Source: Gemmatimonadales bacterium
GTDB taxonomy: Bacteria; Gemmatimonadota; Gemmatimonadetes; Gemmatimonadales; GWC2-71-9
Assembly (NCBI GenBank): GCA_965249575.1
Contig: OZ252244.1
Location: 512,001 to 576,000 of the forward strand
Length of the DNA stretch: 64,000 bases
Reading direction: 5' to 3'
Under the pieces are notes generated by a model. That model was given only the letters and a program-made list of their open reading frames with translations. It did not search any database and had not been told where the DNA came from. The translations under genes were made by a program, and so were the position numbers. Below, piece by piece: positions 17,895 to 28,036 of this stretch; position 1 is the first letter of the stretch, and every line of letters starts with the position of its first letter.

Positions 17895-18039
17895 TCGCAG
17901 CACTCTTGACGGCCACCTTCCGCTTGTGCTTCAAGTCCTCGGCGAGGTAGACGGTGGCCATTCCGCCAGCACCGAGCTCGCGCTCGATGCGATAGCGGTC
18001 GGCCAGGGCAGACGTGAGACGGGTGAGGAGATCAGACAG
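17895..18039 (-). pseudogene. 5' stub of Ser/Thr kinase gene
   Basis: [44 protein letters not shown][+1 nt]VLR, then homology ends. Confidence 0.9.
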
Positions 18040-18056
18040 GCACTAGCTCAGGGCAC

Positions 18057-20708
18057 CTAGTTCTCGCCCGCCACGAGCTGCTGAAATCGTGGATCATCGC
18101 GTAGCGGATCCCAGACGGGATCGATTCTGAGCATCGGCACGGAAGTGTTTGAGGGGACCGCCAACAAACTTTCGAGTCGGTCAATGGCAGCATCGTACTC
18201 GCCGACCATGGCGTAGATACGCGCCAAGTCCTCCACTCGCCAGGCACCGCGCCACGCTTCTTTGCTCATCGGAAGTAACTGAATGGCCAGCTCGCCTTCG
18301 CGGACCGCATCGTCCTTGCGACCGAGACCGGCATAGGCGATGCCGAGAGCGGAGTGCAACCGCTCGTCATCGGGACGCTCTTTAATCTCGGACTCTAGAA
18401 TGCTGCGCGTCGAATCGTAATAGGCTCGCTCACGCTGCGGGTGCCCCATGAGTCCATAGATCTTGGCATGGAGTTGAGATTTGAGCACGTAGAACAATCC
18501 GTCTTCGAAAACGTCTGCCGCACTGGAAGCCAGCTTGTCCAGCGCCTCCTCATGGTCACCGTCCAACACATCGGTCAGCACCGACACGTACGTGACCCAC
18601 TGATGTTCTCGGAGGCCAGAGCGCTCGGCCTCCTCCAGTACTGCGCGAGCCCTCTCCGTATTGCCTTCCAAACGGAGGTTCAAAAAATGCACCTTATCCG
18701 CGTACGGGCCGGTCGAATCCGGAACCAAGGAAATAGCTCGTTCAAATTGGCGGACTGCCCCCACAGCGTCGCGCAAAAGCGCGAACGTTTGCGAAAGGTT
18801 AAGAGCCATGTTCGCAGAACGCGGGTCGAGCTCTGCGGCTCTGACGAAATGTGGCAGTGCGTCAAGCATGTTCCCCTGCCGTCGTTGGACGGACCCGATC
18901 CCGGCCCAAAGCTCTGCGTTGTTCGGCTCGCTTGCTTGGGCGATGGCGAATTCGGCTAGAGCACGATCATACTCCAGATAACCCCAGTAGTGGTAGAATC
19001 CCAAGGCTCGATGGGCTGCGGCAGATCGGGATCAAGCCGCAAGGCCTCGTCCACCGCTTGCTTGGCCATCGGCCGACGCTGTTGGGTTCGGTCATAGAAG
19101 AACCACCACATTCCCGAATGAGCCCAAGAGAGTTTCGCGTAGGCCACCGCGAACTCCGGGTCCAACTCGACGGCCTTCTGGTACATTTGGATGGCAATCT
19201 GCCAGTCCTGTTGTTCAACGCTTCGTCCGGAGTAATCATTTCCGCGCAAGAAGTAGTCGTACGCCTCCTGGTTGTCGGTGGGCTGCGCGGCCAGGCGTCG
19301 GCGTTCGGGCTCGAGCAGCGTGACGTCCAGCTCCTGTGCGACCTGCTCGGCGATGTCCGCCTGAACGCGGAAGATGTCCCCGGCTACCAGGGCGGCGGTG
19401 TATCGATCCGTCCAGAGATGGGCGTCGTCGGAGACGCGAATGAGCTGGGGTGTCACCCGGACCTGACCCGAGCCATCCGGTGATCGGTCAGTGCGTATCG
19501 TACCCTCCAGCACGTACTCAACGCTCAGTTCTTCCCCGATCTGCTGGAGCGTCTTGTCCGAGCCCTTGTATTGCGTCGCGCTCTGCCGTGAGATGACTCG
19601 CAATCCGCTGATCTCAGCGATCCGGCTGGTGACTTCCTCGCTGATGCCGTCAGCGAAGTAGTCGTCCTCTGGCGTGCCGAGATTCTCGAATGGTAAGACA
19701 ACCACCCTCGGAACGTCGGCCGCCGCTGTGGTTCCGCGTTGGCCGGAGTTACCGATGAACCACGCCGCGGCCACGATGAGAATGACCCCGGCAGCTCCGA
19801 AAGCAGGAACGCGGAAGCGTCGCATCGATTTCGTCGGGGACGCCGGAACGGATTGAGTGTCCGTGGGCGTCATCCCCACGCTCGGAGTCGCCAGCGCCTC
19901 GAGCTGTGGCGACAACTCGTCCGCACTCTGCCAGCGGTCGGCCGGCTTCTTGGCTAGGCACTTCATCACCACGGCTTCCAACTCCGCCGAGACCTGGTCC
20001 CGGTGCCTGCTGACCGGCTCCACCTGCTCTGTGACATGAGCAGCCCGTATTGATTGCGGCGTCGTGCCCGTGAACGGTGTTCTCCCAGCGAGTAGCTCGT
20101 AGGCCATCGCACCCACCGCATAGATATCTGCACGGTGGTCGATGTGCGGATCCGCCGTGGCCTGCTCTGGGGCCATGTAGGCCGGCGTGCCGAGGGCGAC
20201 GCCCGCGGCCGGTGGCTTCGCTGACCGCCTTGGCTACGCCAAAGTCGGTCACCATGGCGTGACGCCCCGCAAGCATGACGTTGTCAGGCTTGATGTCCCG
20301 ATGCACCACGCCCTGCGAGTGGGCGAACGCCAAGGCATCCACCACTTCGCGGACGATCCGCACCGTTTCAGTGATGGGTAATTCCCTCTCGTGCTGCAAC
20401 CGCTCCCGGAGGGTATCACCTTTGATGTAGGGCATGACGTAATACAGGAACCCGTCGGCCTCCCCGGAGTCGTGTAGCGGTAGGATATGCGGATGCGTCA
20501 GGTTGGCCGCAATCTTGATCTCGCGGAGGAATCGCTCGGGGCCGAGCGCCGCCGCCAGCTCCGGCCGTAGTACCTTGACAGCAACCTTGCGATCGTGCTT
20601 GAGGTCGTGGGCGAGATAAACTGTGGCCATCCCACCAGCGCCAAGCTCCCGCTGAATGCGGTAGCGGTCGGCTAATGCTGTTGTGAGACGGTCGAGGAGG
20701 TCCGACAC
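18057..20708 (-). pseudogene. Ser/Thr kinase-TM-TolB-N-TPR, two frameshifts
   Basis: Split over ORFs 19749..20708, 18956..20176 and 18057..19004; short deletion in the activation loop at ~20208 and 1-nt loss at ~19018. Confidence 0.88.
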
Positions 20709-20769
20709 CGCACCACGCTTGTCGGTGACCTGACTACGATACGGCGGAGGGGATCAGGCGGCCAGGGTG
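20665..20769 (-). repeat. 105-bp kinase leader/5' repeat, copy 2
   Basis: Near-identical to 14084-14188. Confidence 0.85.
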
Positions 20770-20937
20770 GGATGCGGTTTCATCCCTGCGCCACGAGTCC
20801 GGCCGTGGCACCACTCTCCACTCGCCAATCCTCGGGCGCCGGCTCAGCCGAACGGAGCCCGGCCTGAACCCCCACTCCGCGCAGGAACCCGCTACGGCCG
20901 GCGCGACCTCGATTTCACCCTCTCCCTGCCGGCACCC

Positions 20938-21124
20938 ATCATGACCCATGCGTTGCGCTGCCGGGCAGAGGAGAACCAGATTGTGCATATGCCAGCACCG
21001 CATCGATCAGCACGGTCGGGGATGTGCTCGCGTTGCCGGAGGCCGGCCTGCGTCACGAGTGGGATGGCGAGCACGTCGTGACGCTAGCGCCGCGCGCCGA
21101 TCGTCAACGCGTGGTTGGTCGTCT
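20938..21124 (+). pseudogene. Decayed 5' copy of the Uma2-family gene
   Basis: DNA aligns with 26730-26922 (ATCATG.CCCATGCGTTGCGC...AACCAGATT...ATGCCAGCACCGCA...GGCCTGCGTCACGAG...GCACGTCGTGAC) with several indels. Confidence 0.85.
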
Positions 21125-21145
21125 GTGGCCGCATGGGGGGGGTGA

Positions 21146-21583
21146 ATGACTGATCGGATTCCTGCGGTTGTCCAGCCCGGTGACCAGCGAACAACGTGGC
21201 GTGGCGCTGGCGACGAATACCGCGTCCTCGCATCAGGCGATGACACCGCCGGGGATTATTTCGTGATGGAGGGCATCGTGCCTCCAGGTGGTGGCCCACC
21301 GCCGCACATTCAGACCCGAGAAGAAGAGGCGTTCTACGTGCTGGAGGGTGAGGTTGTCTTTCGGGCTGCCGGCGAGCGCATCCTCGGCCGCCCGGGCACC
21401 TACCTCAACATTCCACGCGGCGTTGCGCATCACTTCAAGAACGAATCGGCCACGACCGCGCGGCTCCTCATCTTCTTTGCGCCAGCGGGCATTGAGCCCA
21501 TGATGGAGAGGATGGCGGCTGACCCAGACAACTACATTGGAATCGGGAAGGAATACGGCGTCGAGTTTGTCGATCGTGCCTAG
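21146..21583 (+). CDS. Cupin domain protein (quercetinase-like)
   Basis: GPPPHIQTREEEAFYVLEG...IPRGVAHHFKN. Confidence 0.88.
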   Translation: MTDRIPAVVQPGDQRTTWRGAGDEYRVLASGDDTAGDYFVMEGIVPPGGGPPPHIQTREEEAFYVLEGEVVFRAAGERILGRPGTYLNIPRGVAHHFKNESATTARLLIFFAPAGIEPMMERMAADPDNYIGIGKEYGVEFVDRA

Positions 21584-21597
21584 GGGGAGAAAGTCAC

Positions 21598-21640
21598 TCA
21601 GTCGCTGCGCCCTCTCGAACTCACGACGACGATCTCGCCC
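21598..21640 (-). pseudogene. Possible highly degenerate NWFEE-type 3' stub
   Basis: GAG ATC GTC GTC GTG ..TTC GAG AGG GCG CAG CGA CTG resembles IVVVLNWFEEVRRL coding DNA with a deletion. Confidence 0.4.
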
Positions 21641-21708
21641 TCACTGACTTCCTGTTCCGCCCTGCGCCCCGTTCTCTGCCGACCGGAGAGGGCGTAAACG
21701 AGAGCAAG

Positions 21709-24035
21709 TTACCCTCCGACCTCCTCCGGCAGGTTCATCCGCCGCAGCATCTCTCCGAATCGCGGATCAGCCTTGAGCGCCGCCGAGAACGGAGCAACGG
21801 CGAGATAGACCATGTCGTGGTCGCGCTGGTCATATGCGCGCTCGAGCCACTCGAATGCCCGATCGGTTTCTCCTGCCATGTCGAACATCACCACGACCAG
21901 CATCGGTTTGACGAACATCCTGGCAGCGCGCCTGCCGAGGATGTCCGCCGCAGCGAGCGCCGCATCTCGGTAGCTCCCCCCACCGTACCCCTGGTCGATT
22001 GCGCCCATCACCTCCGGGTCTCGCAATAGCTCAAAGAACGTTCGGGCCTGCGCCATTGCTTCCTCGGCCAGGCCCTGCCTATTGAGGGCTCCCGCTAAAG
22101 CGTAGCGCGAGAGCGAGAGGTTCGGTGCCATGTCTATCGTCTGCCTTAGTTGCGTAGCGCCATCGTCAATCCGTCCGGCGAAGACCATCTGGATGCCGCT
22201 CAGGGCATGGATAAAGGGGTTGTACGGATCGATCTCGAGCGCATGCTGCACGTGCGGGGTCGCCTCCTCAGTCCGCCCGAGAGCCGTGAGAGAGTGTCCG
22301 AAGAGAACGCTCGTGAGCTGATCGTTCGAGTCGAGCTCGATTGACCGACGGAACGCCGCCTCGGCCGGCCCCCATTCCCAGTCGTACCATGCGCGACCCT
22401 GCGCCAGCTGGGACCAGCCCTCCACAAGCGTGCTGTCTAGCTCGACGGCCCGCTCGGCAGCAGCGATCAACGAGGGGCCGGCTTCGTGTGGCGGGGAGAG
22501 ACCGATCACCAACCGTCCGCCCCAGACCCGACCGATGCCAGCGTGGGCCGGGGCATAGCTGACATCGTGCTCGAGGGTCCGGTTGAAGTACTGCAACGCG
22601 ATCCCAAGGTCTTGCGGTGTATTTCGATCGGCGTGGAAAACGCCGCGCATGTACGCCTCGTACGCCCGGGGATCGATTTGCGGCACCGTTGTGGGGCGCC
22701 CCTCTGCCTGCGGAAGCGCCAGCTGCATCTCACCGACGATCGCCTCCGCGACATCGCGATACAGAACGAATACGTTCTGCAGATCGGCGTCGTAGGATCT
22801 GGACCAGATGTATTCCTCGGTCTCGCCGTCGAACAAGCGTACCTGGATCCCCACACTGTCGCCCACGCGAAAGGCCGATCCCTCCACGAGAGCGTCCACG
22901 CCGAGCTCGCTGGCGATCTCGCGACCCGGTTTGTCGGTGGTCGAGTACCGCATCACCGATGGGCGGGCGATTACGGTGAGCCCCGCTTGGGTGAGTTGTG
23001 AGATCACCGCCTCGTGCATTCCCTGCACGAGATACTCCTGGTCAGGATCGTTCATGAGATTACCGAAGGGCAATACCGCCAACCGGTTGATCGCAGGATC
23101 GCCGCCCTGGGTGTAGCCCCACAAACCCGCCACCACCAACAGGACGGCCACTCCAGCAACCGCGGGCCGGCGCCACCTTCTCGGTCCCACCCGCGCCACG
23201 ACCGTCCCCGACGTCAACACGTCGGCAAGGGTGCGCGCTGACGGAAACCGATCGGCCGGGCTCTTGGCCAGCGCCCGCTCCACCGCCCGCCCCACGAACA
23301 CCGGGATCGTAGGATCACGCGCGCGAAGCCCCGGCACCGTATCCACCGCGTGTTTCGCTAGCAGCGCCTGGGCCGTCGTCCCCTCGAACGGTGCGTGGCC
23401 CGCCACCATTTCGTACACGACGCAGCCCAGGGCATAGACGTCGCTCCGCGCGTCGACGTCCTCCGATCCCACAGCCTGCTCCGGACTCATGTAGGCTGGC
23501 GTACCGAGCGCCAATCCGGTCCCGGTCAAGCGCTCGCCGCCCGCGGCTTGGACGGCGCGCGCGATCCGAAATCCGCCACGATCGCCTGATCGTCCGCGAG
23601 CAGAATGTTCTCCGGCTTGACGTCTCGATGGACCACGCCCCGCTCGTGCGCGTAACTCAAGGCCGACGCTATGTGATCGGTGATGCGTATCCCGTCTTCC
23701 AGCGTGAGCTTTCCCTCCCGGTCCAGCCGCTCCCGCAGCGACTCCCCTTCGATATACGGCATGACGTAATAGAGGAATCCGTCCGCGTCGCCGGAGTCGT
23801 GAAGTGTCAGTATGTGGGGATGTGTCAACTGCGCCGCGATCTCGATCTCGCGAACGAACCGCTCGGGGCCGAGCGCGGCTGCCAACTCCGGCCGCAATAC
23901 CTTCACAGCCACCATGCGATGATGCTTGAGATCCTCGGCGAGATACACGGTCGCCATGCCCCCCGCGCCGAGCTCCCGCTCGATGCGGTAGCGGTCGGCA
24001 AGGGCGGTGGTGAGCCGGGCGGGCTGATCCGTCAC
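21709..24035 (-). pseudogene. Ser/Thr kinase-TM-TolB-N-TPR, single frameshift at DFG
   Basis: 1-nt loss at ~23567; restoring it reads DFGIARAVQAAGGERLTGTG and joins ORFs 23526..24062 and 21709..23529. Confidence 0.88.
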
Positions 24036-24088
24036 GGCGTTCCTGCTCCCCCCGTGAGCCACCGTAACTCCTCGAAGCAGCTCACAAC
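24032..24088 (-). pseudogene. Degenerate 3' stub of kinase-TolB gene
   Basis: VVSCFEELRWLTGGAGTP*; TGA overlaps the GTG at 24035. Confidence 0.8.
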
Positions 24089-24126
24089 CCTAGTTCCATC
24101 CCTTCGCCTTCACCCGGCGAGGGTCA

Positions 24127-26544
24127 TTAGTCGAGCCGCACGTTCTTCATCAATACGTCAAGCCTTGGATCGGAGCGCAGACCGTCAAGCCTCGGATCTA
24201 CTGCCATATAGCCGATCCACGGAGAGCGCTCTTCGAGCGCGCGGTCTAACCAACGAAACGCGTCATCCGTCTCACCGAGCGCCACGTAAATCACCGCCGT
24301 ATGGTACGCGGATACATGCCGCGTTGCGGACTCCTGCTTTAATCGCTCGAGGATCTTCCTCGCCCGCTCCCCGTCGCCCGCCTTGGCATGGGCATGACCC
24401 AGCGAGGCTATGTAGAGTGGGTTGCCGCCCGATATGTCTATCGCTTGCTGCGCCTCCGAGATCGCCTCCTGATACCGCCCTGTTTGCTCCAATGCCCATC
24501 CCAGATGCCAGTGTCCCGGCGCGAAGCGGGCACCCAGCTCCAGCGCCTTCTCATATTCCTGGATCGCCACCTCGTGCCGGCCCGCGAAGTAGTGACGCAG
24601 GCCTACCCAGGTATTGATGATGGGCGAGAGCGGATCCAACTCGCGCGCCTTCTCCGCCTCCCTGAGCGCTTCCTCGTGCCGCCCCATGGCAGACAGGTAG
24701 CCGCCGTACCAGTGGTGCGCAGTCGGGTACCTCGGGTTGAGCTCGATGGCTCGCCTGTACTCTCGTTCCGCTGCCTCCCAATCATGATCGAATTCGAGGT
24801 GAATGTGCGCCAGGGAAGTGTGCGGCTCCGCGAGCGTCTCGTCGAACTCCAGAGCGTTCATGACTGCCTGTTTGGCCTTCGGGAAGGTCTCTTTCGGAGC
24901 CAGCACGCTGTACCAGCCTCGGAAAATCCACGTGTCGGCAATTCCGACATGGGCTAAGGCATAACCGGGGTCCAGATCAACCGCCTGTTGAAAGTAGGTG
25001 AGCCCGATCTGAATCTCCTTTTCCGTTCGCTTGTTCCAGAAGTGCCGGCCTCTCAGGTAGAGCCTGTAGGCGTCTAGATTCTCAGTTGGTCTGGCAGTCA
25101 CAGACCTGAGCTCGCCCCGGAGCAGCGTAACGCCCAGCCGGTCAATCACCTGGCTGGCAATGTCGGACTGCACCTCGAAGATGTCCTCGATCACACGCTC
25201 GTAGGATTCCGACCAGAGCTGTGTGCCGTCAGCGACGCGGATGAGCTCCGGGCTGATGCGCACTCGGCGGGAGCCGCTTCCGTCGCCACCCCAAAGGACG
25301 CGTCCGCCGAGGATATAACCGACGCCTAGCTCCTCGCCGATCTCGTGAATGCTCTTGTTGGTACCTGCATAGCCGAGCGCGCCTCTGCGCGAGATGACTG
25401 AGAGCCCGCTCACCGCACCCAGGCGAGTGGTAACCTCATCGGTCATGCCGGCAGCGAAGTACACATCCTCGGGAGGGCCCAGATTCTCGAACGGTAAGAC
25501 GACGATCATCTTCGTTTCGACAACCGACTCCTCTCGCGGTTGTCGGACGGCCGCTTCGGGCTCGGGTGTGGTTCGACTGAGCCACAGGCCATACCCCCCC
25601 ATCCCCAGGATCAGGAGTCCAGCGATTCCGGCAGCGAACCATCGTTTCCGGGAGGCCGCTGTCTCGTTAGCTGGCCTTCCCACCAGATTCTTGTCGAGCG
25701 TCCCGACCTCCAGCCGACGCTCTAAGGCGTCAACGAACTCTGAGGCCCTGTCAAATCTGTCTGTCGGAACCCTCGCGAGCGCCTGCTGCACCGCTGCCGC
25801 CACGTGGACCGGCACCGTCTCGCGGAGCTCGGTCAGAACCACCGGTCGTACCGTCAGAATCTTTGCAAGGATTGCTTGCGCAGACGCCCCCGTGTGCGGC
25901 GGCTCGCCCGCCAACATCTCGTATAACACACAACCCAGCGAATAGATGTCCGAGCGACTCGTCAGGTCCTTCTCCGCCGTCGCCTGCTCGGGACTCATGT
26001 ACTCCGGCGTCCCCAGCGAAAGCCCAGTCGCCGTCAATCGCATACCGCCGGCCTCGCTCACCGCGAGGGCGATGCCAAAGTCGGTGACCATCGCCTCACC
26101 CTCATGCAGCAGGATGTTCTCGGGTTTGATGTCGCGATGGATCACAGCCTGGCGATGGGCGTAGTCGAGCGCCGATGCAACCTGACCGGTTACGTGAACT
26201 GCGTCGTCAATGGAGAGTTGGCGTTCATGACGAAGTCTGTGGCGCAGTGATTCGCCCTCGACCACCGGCATGACGTAGTAGAGGAAACCGTCGGCTTCCC
26301 CTGAGTCGAACAGCGGCAGAATATGCGGGTGCTGGAGGTTGGCGGTGACCTTGATCTCCTGTAGGAACCGGTCGGCACCCAGGACAGCCGCCAGTTCAGG
26401 CCGAAGCACTTTGACCGCCACCTTGCGGTCGTGCTTCAGGTCTTCGGCCAGATAGACCGTCGCCATCCCACCCGCGCCGAGCTCGCGCTCGATGCGGTAG
26501 CGGTCGGCTAATGCTGTTTTGAGACGGTCGAAGACGTCGGACAC
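24127..26544 (-). CDS. Ser/Thr protein kinase with TM, TolB-N and TPR repeats (intact)
   Basis: All kinase motifs; VVLPFENL; TPRs; LRSDPR tail. Confidence 0.95.
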   Translation of the reverse strand: MSDVFDRLKTALADRYRIERELGAGGMATVYLAEDLKHDRKVAVKVLRPELAAVLGADRFLQEIKVTANLQHPHILPLFDSGEADGFLYYVMPVVEGESLRHRLRHERQLSIDDAVHVTGQVASALDYAHRQAVIHRDIKPENILLHEGEAMVTDFGIALAVSEAGGMRLTATGLSLGTPEYMSPEQATAEKDLTSRSDIYSLGCVLYEMLAGEPPHTGASAQAILAKILTVRPVVLTELRETVPVHVAAAVQQALARVPTDRFDRASEFVDALERRLEVGTLDKNLVGRPANETAASRKRWFAAGIAGLLILGMGGYGLWLSRTTPEPEAAVRQPREESVVETKMIVVLPFENLGPPEDVYFAAGMTDEVTTRLGAVSGLSVISRRGALGYAGTNKSIHEIGEELGVGYILGGRVLWGGDGSGSRRVRISPELIRVADGTQLWSESYERVIEDIFEVQSDIASQVIDRLGVTLLRGELRSVTARPTENLDAYRLYLRGRHFWNKRTEKEIQIGLTYFQQAVDLDPGYALAHVGIADTWIFRGWYSVLAPKETFPKAKQAVMNALEFDETLAEPHTSLAHIHLEFDHDWEAAEREYRRAIELNPRYPTAHHWYGGYLSAMGRHEEALREAEKARELDPLSPIINTWVGLRHYFAGRHEVAIQEYEKALELGARFAPGHWHLGWALEQTGRYQEAISEAQQAIDISGGNPLYIASLGHAHAKAGDGERARKILERLKQESATRHVSAYHTAVIYVALGETDDAFRWLDRALEERSPWIGYMAVDPRLDGLRSDPRLDVLMKNVRLD

Positions 26545-26605
26545 AGGGCCACACCGGTTTGTGACCCGATTAGGATACGGTGGAGGGGGTTAGGCGGCCA
26601 GGGTG
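26501..26605 (-). repeat. 105-bp kinase leader/5' repeat, copy 3
   Basis: Diverged but colinear with the other two copies. Confidence 0.8.
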
Positions 26606-26732
26606 ATTGGTGGCTCGTCTGGATCGCCTCCCTCGGATAAACCCGCGACTCTCGGTCGCGAGCGGGGCCCGAGCGGGAATCCGCCACGCATGACGCTAGT
26701 CCGGTACGGCTATTTTCCTACACGCCACAATC

Positions 26733-27325
26733 ATGTCCCATGCGTTGCGCCGGTCGGCCGAGGGGAACCAGATTATGGGTATGCCAGCACCGCAGACGAT
26801 CAACACAATCGAGGAGCTGCTCGCGCTGCCGGAGGACGGCCTGCGTCACGAGCTGTTGGACGGCAAGCACGTCGTGACACCAGCGCCGTCCGTCGACCAT
26901 CAGCGGGTGGTTGGACGGCTCTTAATGATCCTGACGACGTCGATCGGCTCGGATCATTGTATCGAAGTGCTCTCGAGCCCAGCCGACGTGCACTTGACGC
27001 CACGGACCCTCGTTCAACCGGACGTGTTCATCGTCCGCCGCGACGACGAACGGCTGGCCAGGGAGTGGCGTGAGGTCGGGGTGCCGCTGGTAGCCGTCGA
27101 GGTCCTGTCACGCTCCACCGCCGCCCGGGATCGCGGGACGAAGCGGCGCCTCTATCTCGAGGCGGGCGTCGAGGAATACTGGATCGTCGATCTCGATGCG
27201 CGACTCATCGAGCGCTGGCGGCTCGGGGACGACGGGCCGGAGATCGTCGACGGCGAGATGGATGGGAACTGAGCGTTGGGGTGTCGGGATTCCTCGAGGT
27301 ACCAGTTCTCTTCGAGCGTCTGTAG
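26733..27325 (+). CDS. Uma2/DUF820 family PD-(D/E)XK protein, frameshift near C-terminus
   Basis: RHELLDG, PAPSVDHQ, VQPDVF, AVEVLS.ST...DRG.KR.LY..AGVEEYWIVD; after ~27261 another frame continues WELSVGVSGFLEVPVLFERL* to 27325. Confidence 0.88.
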
Positions 27326-27531
27326 CTTCAGCACCCCTCCGTGCTCGGCATTCGCTGAACGCGCCCACCGCTAGCCGTCCGTCCGCCATACTATGCGTCA
27401 TAGACGTTGCGACAATCCGTAATCGATTGACCGCCGACTGCCGCAGTTGGCGCCTGGCGGCAATCCGGCGCTTCCGCCGCGACGTCACCGGATGCACAGC
27501 AAGCGATCTACCAACAACACCGGAGGCCCTC

Positions 27532-27680
27532 ATGCCCGAAATCCAGATCAACTACCTCGCGGTCGGCGCGGCAGCGTTAGCCACGCTCGTTATTGGTGCT
27601 GTTTGGTATTCGCCGCTGTTGTTCAGCAAACTCTGGATGAAGGCCCACGGATACACGGCAGAGGACCTCGAGCAGATGCG
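27532..27680 (+). pseudogene. 5' fragment of DUF1761-like membrane protein
   Basis: MPEIQINYLAVGAAALATLVIGAVWYSPLLFSKLWMKAHG, then abrupt change of sequence. Confidence 0.7.
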
Positions 27681-28024
27681 ACTACTACCCGCTAGCCAAG
27701 TACCGGAACTACTTCGTGGCCGATCTGTGCAAGACGTCGGAGAAGCTCTTCGGTACCGACCGCTTCGAGCGGCTCAATCTGGCGCAACGAACGAGGGTGA
27801 TGGACCACCGGCAGAAAAGCGGCGGGGTGACTACGCAGCTCTACAGCGGCGCCATCCTGCTGACCCAAATCACCTGCTATGCCGGGATCTACGACGACGC
27901 AAAGGGGTGCCCCCTGATCGACTTCCCGGGTCGGTACCGCCCCATGCCCCTGTCCGAGACATCCCATCCACAACCAGAGCGGTTCCTCGCGGTGGCGATC
28001 ACCCGCGACGGCAACCCTTCATGA
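27680..28024 (+). pseudogene. 3' fragment of a putative GMC-oxidoreductase partner subunit
   Basis: DYYPLAKYRNYFVADL...FGTDRFERLNLAQRT...GCPLIDFPG with no proper start; directly upstream of the GMC gene. Confidence 0.5.
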
Positions 28025-28036
28025 GGACGGCAATCC

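Noticed and set aside
7826..26605. Integron, shufflon or diversity-generating retroelement explanation for the array
   Set aside because: No integrase, invertase or reverse transcriptase in the window, no attC boxes, no inverted cassettes, and no adenine-specific TR/VR pair seen.
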